DNA of 64,000 nucleotides, taken from contig CM041465.1 of the NCBI GenBank assembly GCA_023213395.1, positions 248,503,741-248,567,740 on the forward strand, given 5' to 3'. Source of the stretch: Cycas panzhihuaensis. Its lineage: Eukaryota; Plantae; Cycadophyta. The position numbers were made by a program, and so were the translations under genes. Each line of letters starts with the position of its first letter. Position 1 is the first letter of the stretch. This document shows, piece after piece, positions 37,007 through 49,400 of this stretch. The notes under the pieces were generated by a model. The model was not told the DNA's origin. It ran no database searches and worked only from the letters and a program-made list of their open reading frames with translations.

Positions 37007-38930
37007 TTTTATATGATTGCATATCTTCTTTGTGAGATATTAGAACTATTCATCTTAGGATGCCATTTTAAATGCATGAAATGAATAAGGAGACTAACAT
37101 TCTCAAATCATTATGTTACCCTAAGGTATGGAACACTAAGCACCCTTATTTTTATTTGGAAGTCATAGATAATTTTTTATTTGTTATTAAGAGAACATAA
37201 GGTTAGCCTCAAAGGATAAGTGATCGAGGTTCATTAATGTTTTAATAGGGTTAGTGGACAATGAAATTGTGACTTCTATTTATTTTTAAAATATTACTCT
37301 TTAGGTGAATGGATTTATTGGATTTGCATTTCACTTACCTAAATGTTTATAGAATATAATGTATTTCTTAGAGATTTGGAGGAAACTTTTCATACTTAGG
37401 GCTACTTGAATATGGAACATAAAAAATCCCCTTTCCAAAAATTACCTATTAATATTAGATATTAGTAGATAAATAGATGGTTATCAATGGATTATTTTTC
37501 TTCAAAATGTAGACTTTATAAACTCTAGAAGGCTAGGGAGAGATAGTATGACCCATCTGGGGTTATGGTGGTATACTTGGCCCTATATGGGATGTCTCAA
37601 CTAATACATTAGCTAGATGGTAATGAGTTAGTTCAAAACTCTAAAGTTGATGATTAAATCTATGAGATAGTATTCAAATTTCCTAACTCATCCTCTAACT
37701 AACCTGGCTATATAAGTATGGAGGAAGTTAGACTAGGATGGTTGTGACTTAAGAGATAAGAATAAGTAACTTGAGTAGAGTCTTTGAATCTATCCAAACT
37801 CAACCTGCATAAAGAAAGAAGAGTGCATTCATATTCACTTCACATATTCTTTCACCTTCTTAGAGTAGTATTAAGAAATGAGGTGATGACCTCTCCCCCT
37901 ATGCATCTTTAAAATAAGTAAGTAAGATTATTATAGAAAATAGCCTAGCCAAGAAGTCTAAATGAAGTTGAAGTTTATCCAAGGTTTAGATATAATAACT
38001 GAGAATTTTATTCCTATATATATCCTCCCCCTTATTCCAAAGGGGGAAGTAGTTGAGTCCCTCAAAGATTTACTTATCATCCTAATAGGGGAATTGGAGC
38101 ACCTAAGATTAACTCAACAATGCAATACATATAGTAGAAACCATCACTTAATAAAAGTAGGGGAGTTGGCTTTGGAAAAATAAACTCTTGAAGACTCTCT
38201 TTTTGTTAAAGAGGAAACTTAATATGTTAGACATAAGAGATCTCTAGAATAAAACTAGAACCTATGGGAAATTCAACATACATTGGATCTAGGGGTTAAG
38301 TAATAATGGGAATTGAAATCTCATAAAGAAGTTTTAATAGAGCTCATAGACCTAGGGATTCCTAAAGGTAAGTTTCATAATAATAAGGTTAAAAGTGAAG
38401 TATAGATTTAATTAAAATTAAAGGCAAAGGGTGAAATTAAGAGCTTCAACCTTCCTATGGGTGAAGATATTGCTTTAGAGGCCATAAATTTTGAAATGGT
38501 TAAATGAAAAATTAAAGAATTATAAGATTAAGTGGAAAGTCTAATAGTTGAGAATCAGCTTGTAAGGATTAAAAGAAAGGAGTTGAAGTGAAAGTATGCT
38601 TCAATTGATAGGATTTATGAGTCTTTATATATCCATTAATTATAAGAGTAAGTTTTAAGGATGGACAATGATATTTCTATTCAACTTTAACTTTAAAAAG
38701 CTATAATGACCAAACATGTAGTAGATGAGTTCTAAGTTAAGAATGTAGAAGATAAAGTTAAACTATCCTCTTTATTACTTAAACTACTTAGATGAAGCCT
38801 ATGAGCTCACAATGCAGGAGCATCTACAAATCCCAAGTTTGGAGGGTCACCTTACTAAGGCCATAACTTTTAACTTAGGTGTCTATTTTGGCCCAAATTT
38901 TTAGAGGAGTTAGATCTCTAAATTTATATT
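37007..38930 (+). repeat. Second copy of a ~1.9 kb tandem segmental duplication (first copy 28684-30121 plus 36431-36930)
   Basis: Colinear similarity throughout, including the paralogous ORF-track entries 29636-29857 and 37962-38183 (both MKLKFIQ...). Both copies end within the first ~120 bp of the CRM LTR. Confidence 0.92.
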
Positions 38931-39426
38931 GTAGTATACTCATAGTCTACAAATTTTATTTTTTTAGTTTCTAAACCCATTTAAGATCATTTATTTCCTC
39001 AAAATTAAACTTTACAATTATTCTTCACTTTTAAAAATTTTTGAGAGTATGAGATTTCTTATTTAGAGGATTAGTTTTAATTTATTAGTATTATTGTGGA
39101 TCCCATGATATATTTAATTACCTATTTATCAATTTTTATATGATTTAGAGCACTTTCAAAAACTTACTATAAATAAAAAGTTTTAGATTTGGAGGTTTTT
39201 TTATTCCAAGTTTATTTTCTAATTTTAAAGGACAAATTTTGTATAACCAAAGGCCACAAATTTATATACTTATGTATTGTAAAAATACTCAGTTTATTAT
39301 TTTAAGAATGTAAAAATAAAAAAATTCAAAAGAAGTCTTATTATGTTAAGAGCTTGGTTCTATTTTCTTTGAGAGATATTATTCTACTTACATGCTTATA
39401 TTGTTGAAGATATTACCACCCTATTA
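38810..39426 (+). repeat. CRM 5' LTR
   Basis: Alignable with 45348-45981. Termini have mutated to CAATG...TATTA. Confidence 0.82.
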
Positions 39427-41359
39427 TTTTGTATCAAAACATATTTCAACTTAGGGAGGAGAAGAAGAAGAGGTTTATAACAAACTATTAGTAAGTTTTG
39501 TATTTCTTTTAAAATCTATTTGAGAATTATTAGAAGCAGGTTAAAAGTGTTTAAAAAAAAGAGTAGATTGCTTAATAGGAAAAATAAACAAAGGAGGGAA
39601 TGCATAACTAAATAAGAGTATGTAAGAGCTTCAAAGAATGGTTAAGAAGTTTCAAAAGGTGGTGTTCAGGCAACAAGAGATCCTTTTAAGGAATGAGTAA
39701 GGTTGACAGGTATGATAATGATGCAAAAATAAAAATAGAAGCTAGAGTGGAGCATGAGCAAGAAGGACCATAGGAACCCCTATCCTATGAGGAATTAATG
39801 TTAAAAGCCTTGGAAGAAAAGAATAGTAAAGTAAAGTTTGATGTCATAGAGTACGGGGACAAAGTTGATTGATTGGTTAAATAATATGGAGAAATGTTTG
39901 GAATGGAAGGACATGATAGAAAAGAAGGTTGTGAAACTTATATGTATCAAACTAAAAGGTCACACAATGATATGGTGGGATCACCTATAGAAAGAAAGGG
40001 TAAGAAATGGAAAGGATAAAATTCAAACTTGGAGTAAGATGGTGAGGAAGCTCAAAGAGAAATTCCTCTTAGTGGAATACACTTAGACTTTGTTCAAAAT
40101 ATTTTAGAATTTGAGGCAAATAGAGATGACTATCCAAGATTATACTAATAAATGTTATAAGTTATCAATAAAGGTGGAGAATAAAGAAATATAATAGAAA
40201 ATAACTTCCAAACATATAAATATCTTAAAGTTTTCTATACAATATGAACTTATCATACTTAAAATTAATAATGTTGAAGATGCTTTCTAATTTACTTTAA
40301 AAGTTGACAAGAAGTATAGTAGAAACCTTACTAAAAAATCATCTATAGTGAAGAAGGAACTATTAATCCCATTCAGAGTCTAGGGTGGCTTCAACTATTC
40401 ACATAGGGAATCCTCTAGTTAGATGGAGAGATAGAGTGTGACTCAAGGTAGATAAGGGTAGAGGGGTTTTTAATATTAACTAAGAGGCTAAGGTTTCTAA
40501 CAAGCCTAAAGGGAAAGAAACTCTAACAGAGTAGGTAACACACTTAGGAGACCTATTATCTACTATAGATATGATAAAGAAGTCTATAAGGCATACAAAT
40601 ATCCTTATTATTTTGATTGATAAAAAAACTAAAGGAAATGACCAAAAGTGAACTTGGCTTAAGTTGAGGAACGAATAACTTATAGAAGTTGCAACAGATA
40701 TTAGGGAGAACTTGATGCTAAGAAGAACTTTGATCACTCTAAAATAAAGTTAGTTATAAGAAAAAGGAAAAGTAAAGGATAATGATAAATTATAGATGCA
40801 TAATAATACCTTTTAGATGAGATGTACTTTATGAGGTAAGATTTATAAGGTTGTTATTGATAATGGTAGTTAAGAAAATATGGTATCTACTAAAATGGCA
40901 GGAAAGCTAGAATTATAGTGCAAAAGGCATCTTGCCCATTACAAAATTTCTTTGATAAAGAAAGGGAGTGAGGTGGTAGTAGATAAAATATGTTTAGTAA
41001 GATTTATCATTGGACAAATATATCATAATAAGGTATAGTATGATTTCCTTCTATTAGATGCATGTCATGTACTATTGGGGAGGCCATGGTAGTATAATAT
41101 GAATGCCTATTATACTGGTATAAATAATACTTACACCTTTTACAATGATGATCTAAACATTTTATTACTACATATAAAGGAAGAAGGGTAGGAAAAAATT
41201 ATATTAATTATAAAGGAATTTATGAGGGAAGCAAGGGAGATAAGGACATGTTATGCGTTAGTGATAAATCAAGTTAAAAAAATTGAGGAATTAGTATCAA
41301 TATCATAGGAAGTAGCTAAACTATTATAAGAGTATAGTGACATCATGATAGATAAATTA

Positions 41360-42574
41360 TGAGAGAAGGATGGACTAAAAATGATATGCTGGCAGGGGTC
41401 TGGAAATTGGGGCTTATCCCAAAGGTAGCTGCCTTTTGGTGGCTATGCTTACAAAACAAGCTTCCAACAAGGGATAATCTACTGAAGTGTGATATCTATA
41501 TGGTGAACAGGTGTGAGTTATGCAGGGAGGAGAATGAGTCCTTGGATCACTTGAGTATCCATTGCCCCTACTCGAGAGGGATTTGGAGAAGCTTCTGGTC
41601 TAGATTGGGAATAGGTTGGGTGCCCTCTATGTCTTTGAGGGATCAATGGACAACTTGGGTCTCTCCATTTAAGAGTAAAATGTTGGGAAGGTTTTAGAAG
41701 ATAATTCTACCAGTTGGTACTTGGAATATATGGAAGGAGCATAATAGGAGAATTTTCCAAGGAAAGCAGTTGGAGGAACAGAAGCTATTCAATATAATCA
41801 GAAGGGGCATTTTAGAGATGTTAAAACCCCCTAAGGAGGATAGAATCCTAAAGGGAGAGGAAAGCATCCTAGATGAATGGGGTATATGTCGACCGAGGGG
41901 AGGGAACAAGAAGAGGAGGGAAACTACTTGGACACCGCTTGAAGTAACATGGACAAAAATAAATTTTGATGGTACAGCTAAAGGCAACCCCGGGGAGGCT
42001 GGGGGGGAGGGCTGTGCATGGATCATGTGGGAATATTAATATGGGCATTTGTTGAATATTATGGTAGTCAATCGAATCATAGTGCAGAGGTAAGGGCTAT
42101 GCATAAGGATGTAGCCATGTTGGATGAGATGGAGGAACAGAAAGTGATTGTTGAAGGTGACTCCTTGATTGTGATTAAGAGCTTAAAGGGGGAAACGGAG
42201 CTGGAGTGTAGTACTGGTGAGCTAATTAGAGATGCGCAAGACATCCTGACATCCAAATAGAGTGTTTAGATTTAGCACATGTACATGGAAGGAAACAAGA
42301 TGGCGGGTGGTTGCAAATCAAAGGGCAAATAAAAGGAATAGGGCATGGAAAGGGAACTTCCTGTAGGAGCTTCTAAGTCTGCTTAGGGTAGATTCTTCTG
42401 GACATAATGGCGATAGGAAGGAGGTGAATGGAGTGATCTTAGATTGAGCTAGGCCATGGGCTTGTCATGGTCATCTCATTTAGGCTGGTTGGCCCTTGAT
42501 GTATAAGGTTTGGGGACCTGTTTTAAAAAACCCCTTCTAATATTATTTTTTACCTTACCAAAAAAAAAAAAAAA
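41360..42574 (+). mobile_element. 5'-truncated L1 LINE (zf-RVT, RNase H, 3'UTR) inserted in the CRM pol
   Basis: 13-bp TSD GATAGATAAATTA (41347-41359 and 42575-42587), 15-nt poly(A), RCELCREENESLDHLSIHC, KINFDGTAKGNPG, VEGDS. Confidence 0.95.
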
Positions 42575-45347
42575 GATAGATAAATTACCATAGTATTTAC
42601 CCCCAAAGAGAGAAATAGAGCATTGAGTTAATTTGGTTCTAGGATCTACACTACTAAATTAACTTATGTATAGATTTAGCCTTAAGGAAAATGAATAATT
42701 AAATCGATAGGTTGGTAAATTATTAAAGAAAGAGATAGGAAGGGAAAGTATGAATCCATATGTAACTCCTACACTCTTGAGTCTAAATAAGGATGGATTT
42801 TGGAGGATATGTATTGATTATAGGACAACCAATAAAATCATAATTAGGTATAGTTTTCCAATTGCTTGAATGGATGACATGTTAGATGATGTGGTATGTG
42901 CATCCTACTTCACCAAAATTGACTTAAGAAGTGAATAATGTCATACTTAAATTTGGGAAGGAGATAAATAGAAGATAACCTTCAAAATAAGGGATGGATT
43001 ATATAAGTGGTTGGTCACGCCATTTAGGATGTCAAATGTCCCAAGTATATTCATGAGGTTAATAGAAACCATCTTATGACCATATATTGATAAGTTTGTA
43101 TTTGTTTATTTTGATGATATTTTGATATATAATAGAATTAAGGAGGAGCATTTATTGCATCTAAAGATGATGATAGATGTGTTGATAGTAAAGAAATTAT
43201 ATGTGAACTTGAGGAAATATAAGTTCATATATAGTAGCCTAGTATTTTTAGGATTTGTAATATCTTAAGATGGGTTGTGAATGGATAATGAGAAAATTAG
43301 AGCTATTATTGACTGCCTACACCTAGAAATATAATAGAGATAAGGAACTTCTATGGTCTAGCTATATTTTATAAGAACTTTATTAGAAATTTCAGTGGTA
43401 TCATTACTCACTTAATAATTTATACTAAGGGACAAGAGTTTATTTAGAATAAGGTAGTAGAGTAGAGCTTTAGGCTAATGAAGAAAAAGGTGATAGATAT
43501 ATATGTCTTAGTACTAGCAGATTTAAAAAGGTATTTAAGGTCAATTGTGATGCTTTTTATGTAGTTATTGGGGTCACGTTAAGCCAGGAAGAAAGACTAA
43601 TAACATTTTATAGTGAAAAGTTAAATAAGGTGATAAAGAAATATTTTAACTATTATGTAGAATTCTATGTTATTATATAGGCTCTAAAGCATTGGCAATA
43701 CTATGTTATACTGAAGGAGTTTATTTTGTTTATAGACCACCAGTCATTAAGATATATAAATGCAAGAAAAGTTGAATACTAGGCATATAAAATTGGCATC
43801 ATATTTATAGGGATTTACTTTATCCTAAAGCATAAATCTAGAAAACAAAATTAGGTTGTTGATGCCTTAAGCTGAAGGGTGGCATTAATAACCACTATGG
43901 TAAGTAAAGTGGTTGGGTTTGATACTTTAAAAGATTTATATCATATTAATTCTAATTTTAGTAGAGTTGTAGAATAGTGCATGAATCCTTTAACTAATAA
44001 AATTAGACCCATCTATGATGCTTATTTTATGTAGGATGGGTATTTATTTAAAGGAAAGCAACAATGCATTATAGTTAAGTCCATTGGGGTCAAGATCATA
44101 AGGGAAATGCATGGTAGGGGACTTTGAGGGCATTTTAGTTAAAACAAAACCATAGTCATGGTGGAGGAAAAATATTTTTGGCCAAAGATAAAATGAGATG
44201 TTATCAAATATATGGCCAAGTACAAGATTTATTAGCTAGTTAAAGGGCATGTATAGAACACTAGACTATACATTTCATTACTACTTCCAAAGGGGCTACG
44301 GATGGACTTGAGCATGGATTTTATATTAGGGTTGCCTAACATCTAATGAGATAATGATTATATTTTTTTTATTATTAATAGGTTTTAAAAAATAACTCCT
44401 TTTATTACATGTAAAATAACTAGTAATGCAATAAGAATAATAAATATATTTTTGAAGGAGGTTGTGTGGGGTGTCAAAGACCATCCCTTTAGATAGGGAT
44501 ACTAAATTGTATAGTCACTTATGGAAGACATTAGAAGCCAAACTATAATTTAGTAGTACATACCACCCACAAACTGATAGGTAAACAAAAGTAGTGAATA
44601 AGGGTTTAGAAAACTTGTTAAGGTATATTATTAGATAGAAGTCTAAGTAGTGGAATTTGGCACTAGCATAGGATGGATTTACCTATAATAGTTCTATGAA
44701 CATATTTACTAGTAAGTTACCATTCTAGATTATATATGGTAGGAATTGAAAGGGAGTATTAGATTTGGCCCAGTTGCCCATTAAAGATAGGACCGATGAC
44801 GATGTAAAAGCCTTTGTCAAACACATTCAACATGTGCATCATGAGGTGAGAAGTTGTAGGATAGTAATGATGAATATAAGATGAAAATCGATCTCAACAA
44901 GAGAAATAAAGTATTTTTATAGGGGCATTTAGTGGTAGTGTACTTGATAAAGGATAAATTTCCTCAAGGCACATACAACAAATTAAAATATAATAAGATA
45001 GGTCCTTGTAAGATTGTAAGGAAAATCAATGATAATGCTTATGAGGTAAATCTATCCTATGAACTTGATATTTCATCTATTTTTAATGTTTCTAACTTAT
45101 ATACTTTCATTAAGGAGAAGATTAGGTAGAAGAAGAAAAAGAAAGAAATTGAGTAAGTATTAGATAGGAAGACAATTCACACAATGCAAGGTAATTATGT
45201 TAGGTATCTAGTTTGATTGAAGGGGCTATAATGGGAAAATAATACTTGGATTTTGTAAAGTGAAATATATAAACTTAGTATGGATAAGTAGTAGAAGTTC
45301 CATAATAATAACTCATAGGAGTTGAGATCTTTTCAAATAAAGAAGGA

Positions 45348-45981
45348 TGATGTAAGAACATTTGCAAATCCCAAGTTTAAAAGGTCACCTTATTGGGACT
45401 ATAACTTTTGACTTAGGTGTCTATTTTGGCCTAAGCTTTTTGGAGAAGTTAGATCTTTGAATTTATATTGTAGTCCACTTTTCAAACTATGAATTTAATT
45501 TTTTGGGTTCCCAAACCTATATGGGATCATCTACTTATGCAAAACTAAAATTTATGATTATTTGTCACTTTTAAAAAATTTTAAGAGCATGATATTTCTT
45601 AGTTAAAAGATTAATTTTACTTTATTGGTGTACTTTTAGGGTTTGTGACATATTTAACTACTCATAAGTCAATTTTTATATGATTTGGAGTACTTTTTAA
45701 AAATTTACTATAAATAGAAAGTTTTACATTTAGGAGTTTTTTGTTGTAAGTTTGTTTCCTAATTTTAAGGGATGGTAGTTAGGGTTTTTGCATAGACAAA
45801 GGCCATGAATTTGTATACTTATGTATTATAAAAACACCCAATTTTTTGTTTCTAAAATTTTTAGAATGGAAAATTATACTTTTATAAAAGAAATATTATT
45901 GTGTTGAGAGCTTGGTTTAATTTTCTTTAAGATATATTATTCTACTTATATGCTTATTTTGATGAAGAGTCCAACCCATCA
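45348..45981 (+). repeat. CRM 3' LTR
   Basis: TGATG...CATCA, preceded by a purine tract (AAAGAAGGA) and followed by CCTCA. Confidence 0.88.
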
Positions 45982-47411
45982 CCTCATAAAGTTATTTTTA
46001 TTTTAAAAATTGCCATTGGATGACTGTAATACATTGCTCAATAACATTACAGAAAATGAGTTTTATCAACTTAAAAAGTAGATATTTAGATCTTCTTTGA
46101 TACAACAAGATAGACATGCTTATGTTAGATGAGAGCTGACTCTAAATGTCACCTTTGTGAATATGAGAATAATAATAGATGAACTAGGATTTCTAGATAC
46201 TCAATTAGATCCATAATTAATGAGATAATTAGTTTGCATGAACAATATATATTACCTCTTATTTTTTAAGGAGATGAGCACTTCTAACTTGAGAAATTCA
46301 TAAATAGGGTTTAAGAACATATTTTGGAGAATGATTTAACTTCATAATTGATAATAGAAAAGTTATTTATATAATTGGAAAAGTAGTATGAGTTGAGATA
46401 GTTTGTCTTAAGTAAACAACCACAACTTAAATTCCTAAGAATAAATTTATAAAGTCTTTAGATGCATCTCGCTTTAATTAATCCTTTTTTAGTGAAATAT
46501 TTTTTTAAAGAAGTAAATCAATTAAAGTAATTGGCAAGATAGGATGAATGCTATTTATGATAGTTATGCTAGTTATATATCTAAAATCTTCATCAATAGG
46601 GGCAAGACAACTATAAAGGGAATAATTAAAAAATTAAGTAGGACATTTTAAGAATTTCTTCCAAATAACTCTTGTCTCTATTTTAGAGATTTATTGTTAA
46701 GGTTTTCTTTTAAATGTCTTATAAACAGACAAGATGTAGTTTCAATGGCATTAGATAGAACCTTGTAAGAATCTAGGGTATGGGATAATAATCTTAAGGG
46801 CTCTATAGGTGTTCTTAGTGTGAATTCCTTATGATATATTCTTCATCAAAAATAATACTCATGAGATCTACAAGTTAGTTTTACCTACTTACACTTCTTA
46901 TGCAATGTTTTCTATCTATTATGGAATGTGTTAATTCACTTAGTCCTATTTAGTGAATACAGATTTGTCTTTGGTAGCACTTACATGAGTTTATATATAA
47001 CTTTATTTAAATTTTACTTAATTAAGGGCTTATGAAGTTATAAATGTAGTGCAATGTGTACTAATGTGATAGTCATGGTTTACTTACAAATTCTTTATTC
47101 TCCTTCACTCTCTTTTTTATTTCTAGTATTCCCTCCCTTCGTGTCCAATATCATTTATATATAATTTTCTACTACTTACAAAAGTAAGGATAATCATTTT
47201 CATAGTAATTAGAATCTAGTACTAAGTTATATTTAATCATTATATGTAATACTTAGCATTTTGGCATATAAAAGAGAATGGTCCCTATGAAATAAAGGGC
47301 TATTAAACCTTTAGTTGTTTCTATGAGTTTATACTAATGAATGCTCAAATATTGACAAACTAGTCTTAACTTATTACTCCTTGAAATGTACAAACTTATT
47401 GGGCAATAAGT

Positions 47412-47429
47412 TAGTGACCATATTGGGGA
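47412..47429 (+). promoter_or_regulatory. Degenerate tRNA-Arg-type PBS (Tat/Ogre-like)
   Basis: TAGTGACCATATTGGGGA compared with TGGCGACTCCACTGGGGA. Most differences are transitions, and it lies upstream of a gag remnant. Confidence 0.4.
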
Positions 47430-47699
47430 TCCAAAGTAATTCAAGTTTTATAGTTTAAAGAATTTTTATAGTTTTTTTTTATTCTATAAATAGAGATCTA
47501 AAAATTGGTCAAAACATTAAGGAGTCTATATACTTAATATATTAGGCCATAAGGTATTATTGAAGAGCTTTGACATTCTCCCTAGAAAAGAAAATTATGA
47601 ACTAATTGTGAAATCCTTAAGGCTGAGATGGATAATGAAAATCAAGAAGTAGATCAAAAGGTTAACCATAATGAATAGGAAGATTAAACACCTTGATGA

Positions 47700-49400
47700 A
47701 AATTAATTCATTTGCTTTAGGGGTCATCATGAACAATGCCTCAGATAAGGTTTGGGATACTTTTCCTAAGTTCAAAGGAGATGGGAGGATCATAAGTGAA
47801 TAACATCTTGAAAATTTTTTGAGCATGTATAAGATATTTAATATCATTGATTTAGGCATAATGCTTCATTTGTTTATAAGACTCTAAAAGGAGAAGTTAT
47901 ACTATGATTTAATTCATTACCTATTGGATTTATCACTAGTTGGCCAACACCAATGAATGCATTTTTCCCTAAGTATCTCAACAAAAAGTCAACAACTAAC
48001 TTAGTAAAAGAAATCTCTATCATAAAGGAAGGAACAAGGGAGAGAATAAAGATTATATTGCAATATTCTATGAAACTTTAAATTCAATTGATAAAGTTTA
48101 TTTTCCTACATGAGGCATACAAATAGAATGTTTTTGGAAGTTGTAAATTTAGACATCAGATTTTTGCTTGATTTTAAATCGTAAGAAGATATTCAAACTT
48201 TCAAAGTAATGGCTCTTTTATTAGAGGAAATGTTAATAAAGGCTAACAAGTCAAGATCTCCCTTCTAACTCTCCTTAGTATCTACTAGTATTAATCATCA
48301 AACTCAAGCTTTTCTCAAGAAGATAAATAGAAAAATATAATTTTAGAAAAACCAAGCTAAATAACATTATTATAAGAGGTTCACCATGCTAAAAATGCCT
48401 AAGGATGAGCCCTTTACTATAAACAATGAAGTTGATTAATTTTGATTATTTATTAATAGACATACAAACCATTAGGTTTAATGAATTGGTTGGTGGCCTA
48501 GGCATTACTGAATAAGATTCTATATCAAGTTTATACTCAACCAATTTAGAAAGAGATATGGTGACTTATGTGAGAGAGGGAGAAATGAATCTAGGTATAA
48601 CTAGCTTGGTAATAGTCACTATGGCACACACAACTAAATAAGGAGGCTATGATGTTGGGCAATGCGAGTTTATTTATGCTAATCCAAGGGATCCTTTTAC
48701 TTCTACAAATCCTTTGAGGAGTAATATCTTCCTAAGAGGCTCCCAAAACTCAAGGGCTATTTATCTACCTCAAAATATTAGTAGTTTCATAGATAAAGTT
48801 GCTAATAGTTATAATATTCTTAAAGATCTTTTATATTATCAAGCAGACTTAAGTCTATATTAAGTTATGAAGTTACTTGAATAAAAGGAGAGGTTGATGA
48901 AATTCTTTAAGATAAATAAATAATAGTTGAATACCATGGTGGAAGAAGAGGTAATGAAAGTAATTACCCTACCTCTTAAATTTAAAAAATTCCCTATTTT
49001 ATGTGTCCTTAGATGTTCTTAATTATTTTATCCTATATAATTATACCATAAATATAGGATCTTCACATAATATGATGCCTTATATAATGATGAAATCTTT
49101 AAGCCTAAAATATAATAATACTAAGTAACATCTTTGGTTATTAGACTTAAAAGTGTTGCCCACTATGGGAGAGATCAAGCATCTAATTGTTAATATAATT
49201 GCCTATTGTAAGATCTCTATGGTAATTTTAATAATGCTAACAGATATGCCTCCTATTTATAGAATGCTTCTTGGATGAGAATAGATCCATGAAACAAGTT
49301 TTATACCAATATTAGAATGGTCAACATTGCCTTCCTAGTGGATAAACATTTGATTTCTATCCCCAAGGAGGATAGGTTTTTATAGCATATACGAAATAGA
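47700..49400 (+). pseudogene. Gypsy (non-chromovirus) gag plus aspartic protease remnant
   Basis: FPKFKGDGRIISE.HLENF, TLKGEV...FNSLP...ITSW (gag); IGSSHNMMP..MMKSL.L, GEIKHL and DMPPIY.MLLG (protease region). No RT follows. Confidence 0.7.

Larger units (their letters stand above)
38810..45981 (+). mobile_element. Ty3/Gypsy CRM-clade chromovirus, decayed
   Basis: LTRs 38810-39426 and 45348-45981 (3' LTR is TGATG...CATCA), TSD GCTCA/CCTCA, degenerate PBS TTGTATCAAAAC at 39429-39440. CRM-type gag (KLKGH..IWWD.L.KER.RNGKDKIQTWSKM), protease IDNGS.EN and ACHVLLGRPW, RT VYFDDILIY, integrase DLSMDFILGLP and YHPQTD, KIGPCKI..KINDNAY, and a chromodomain-like tail RYLV.LKG....NTW. Confidence 0.9.
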
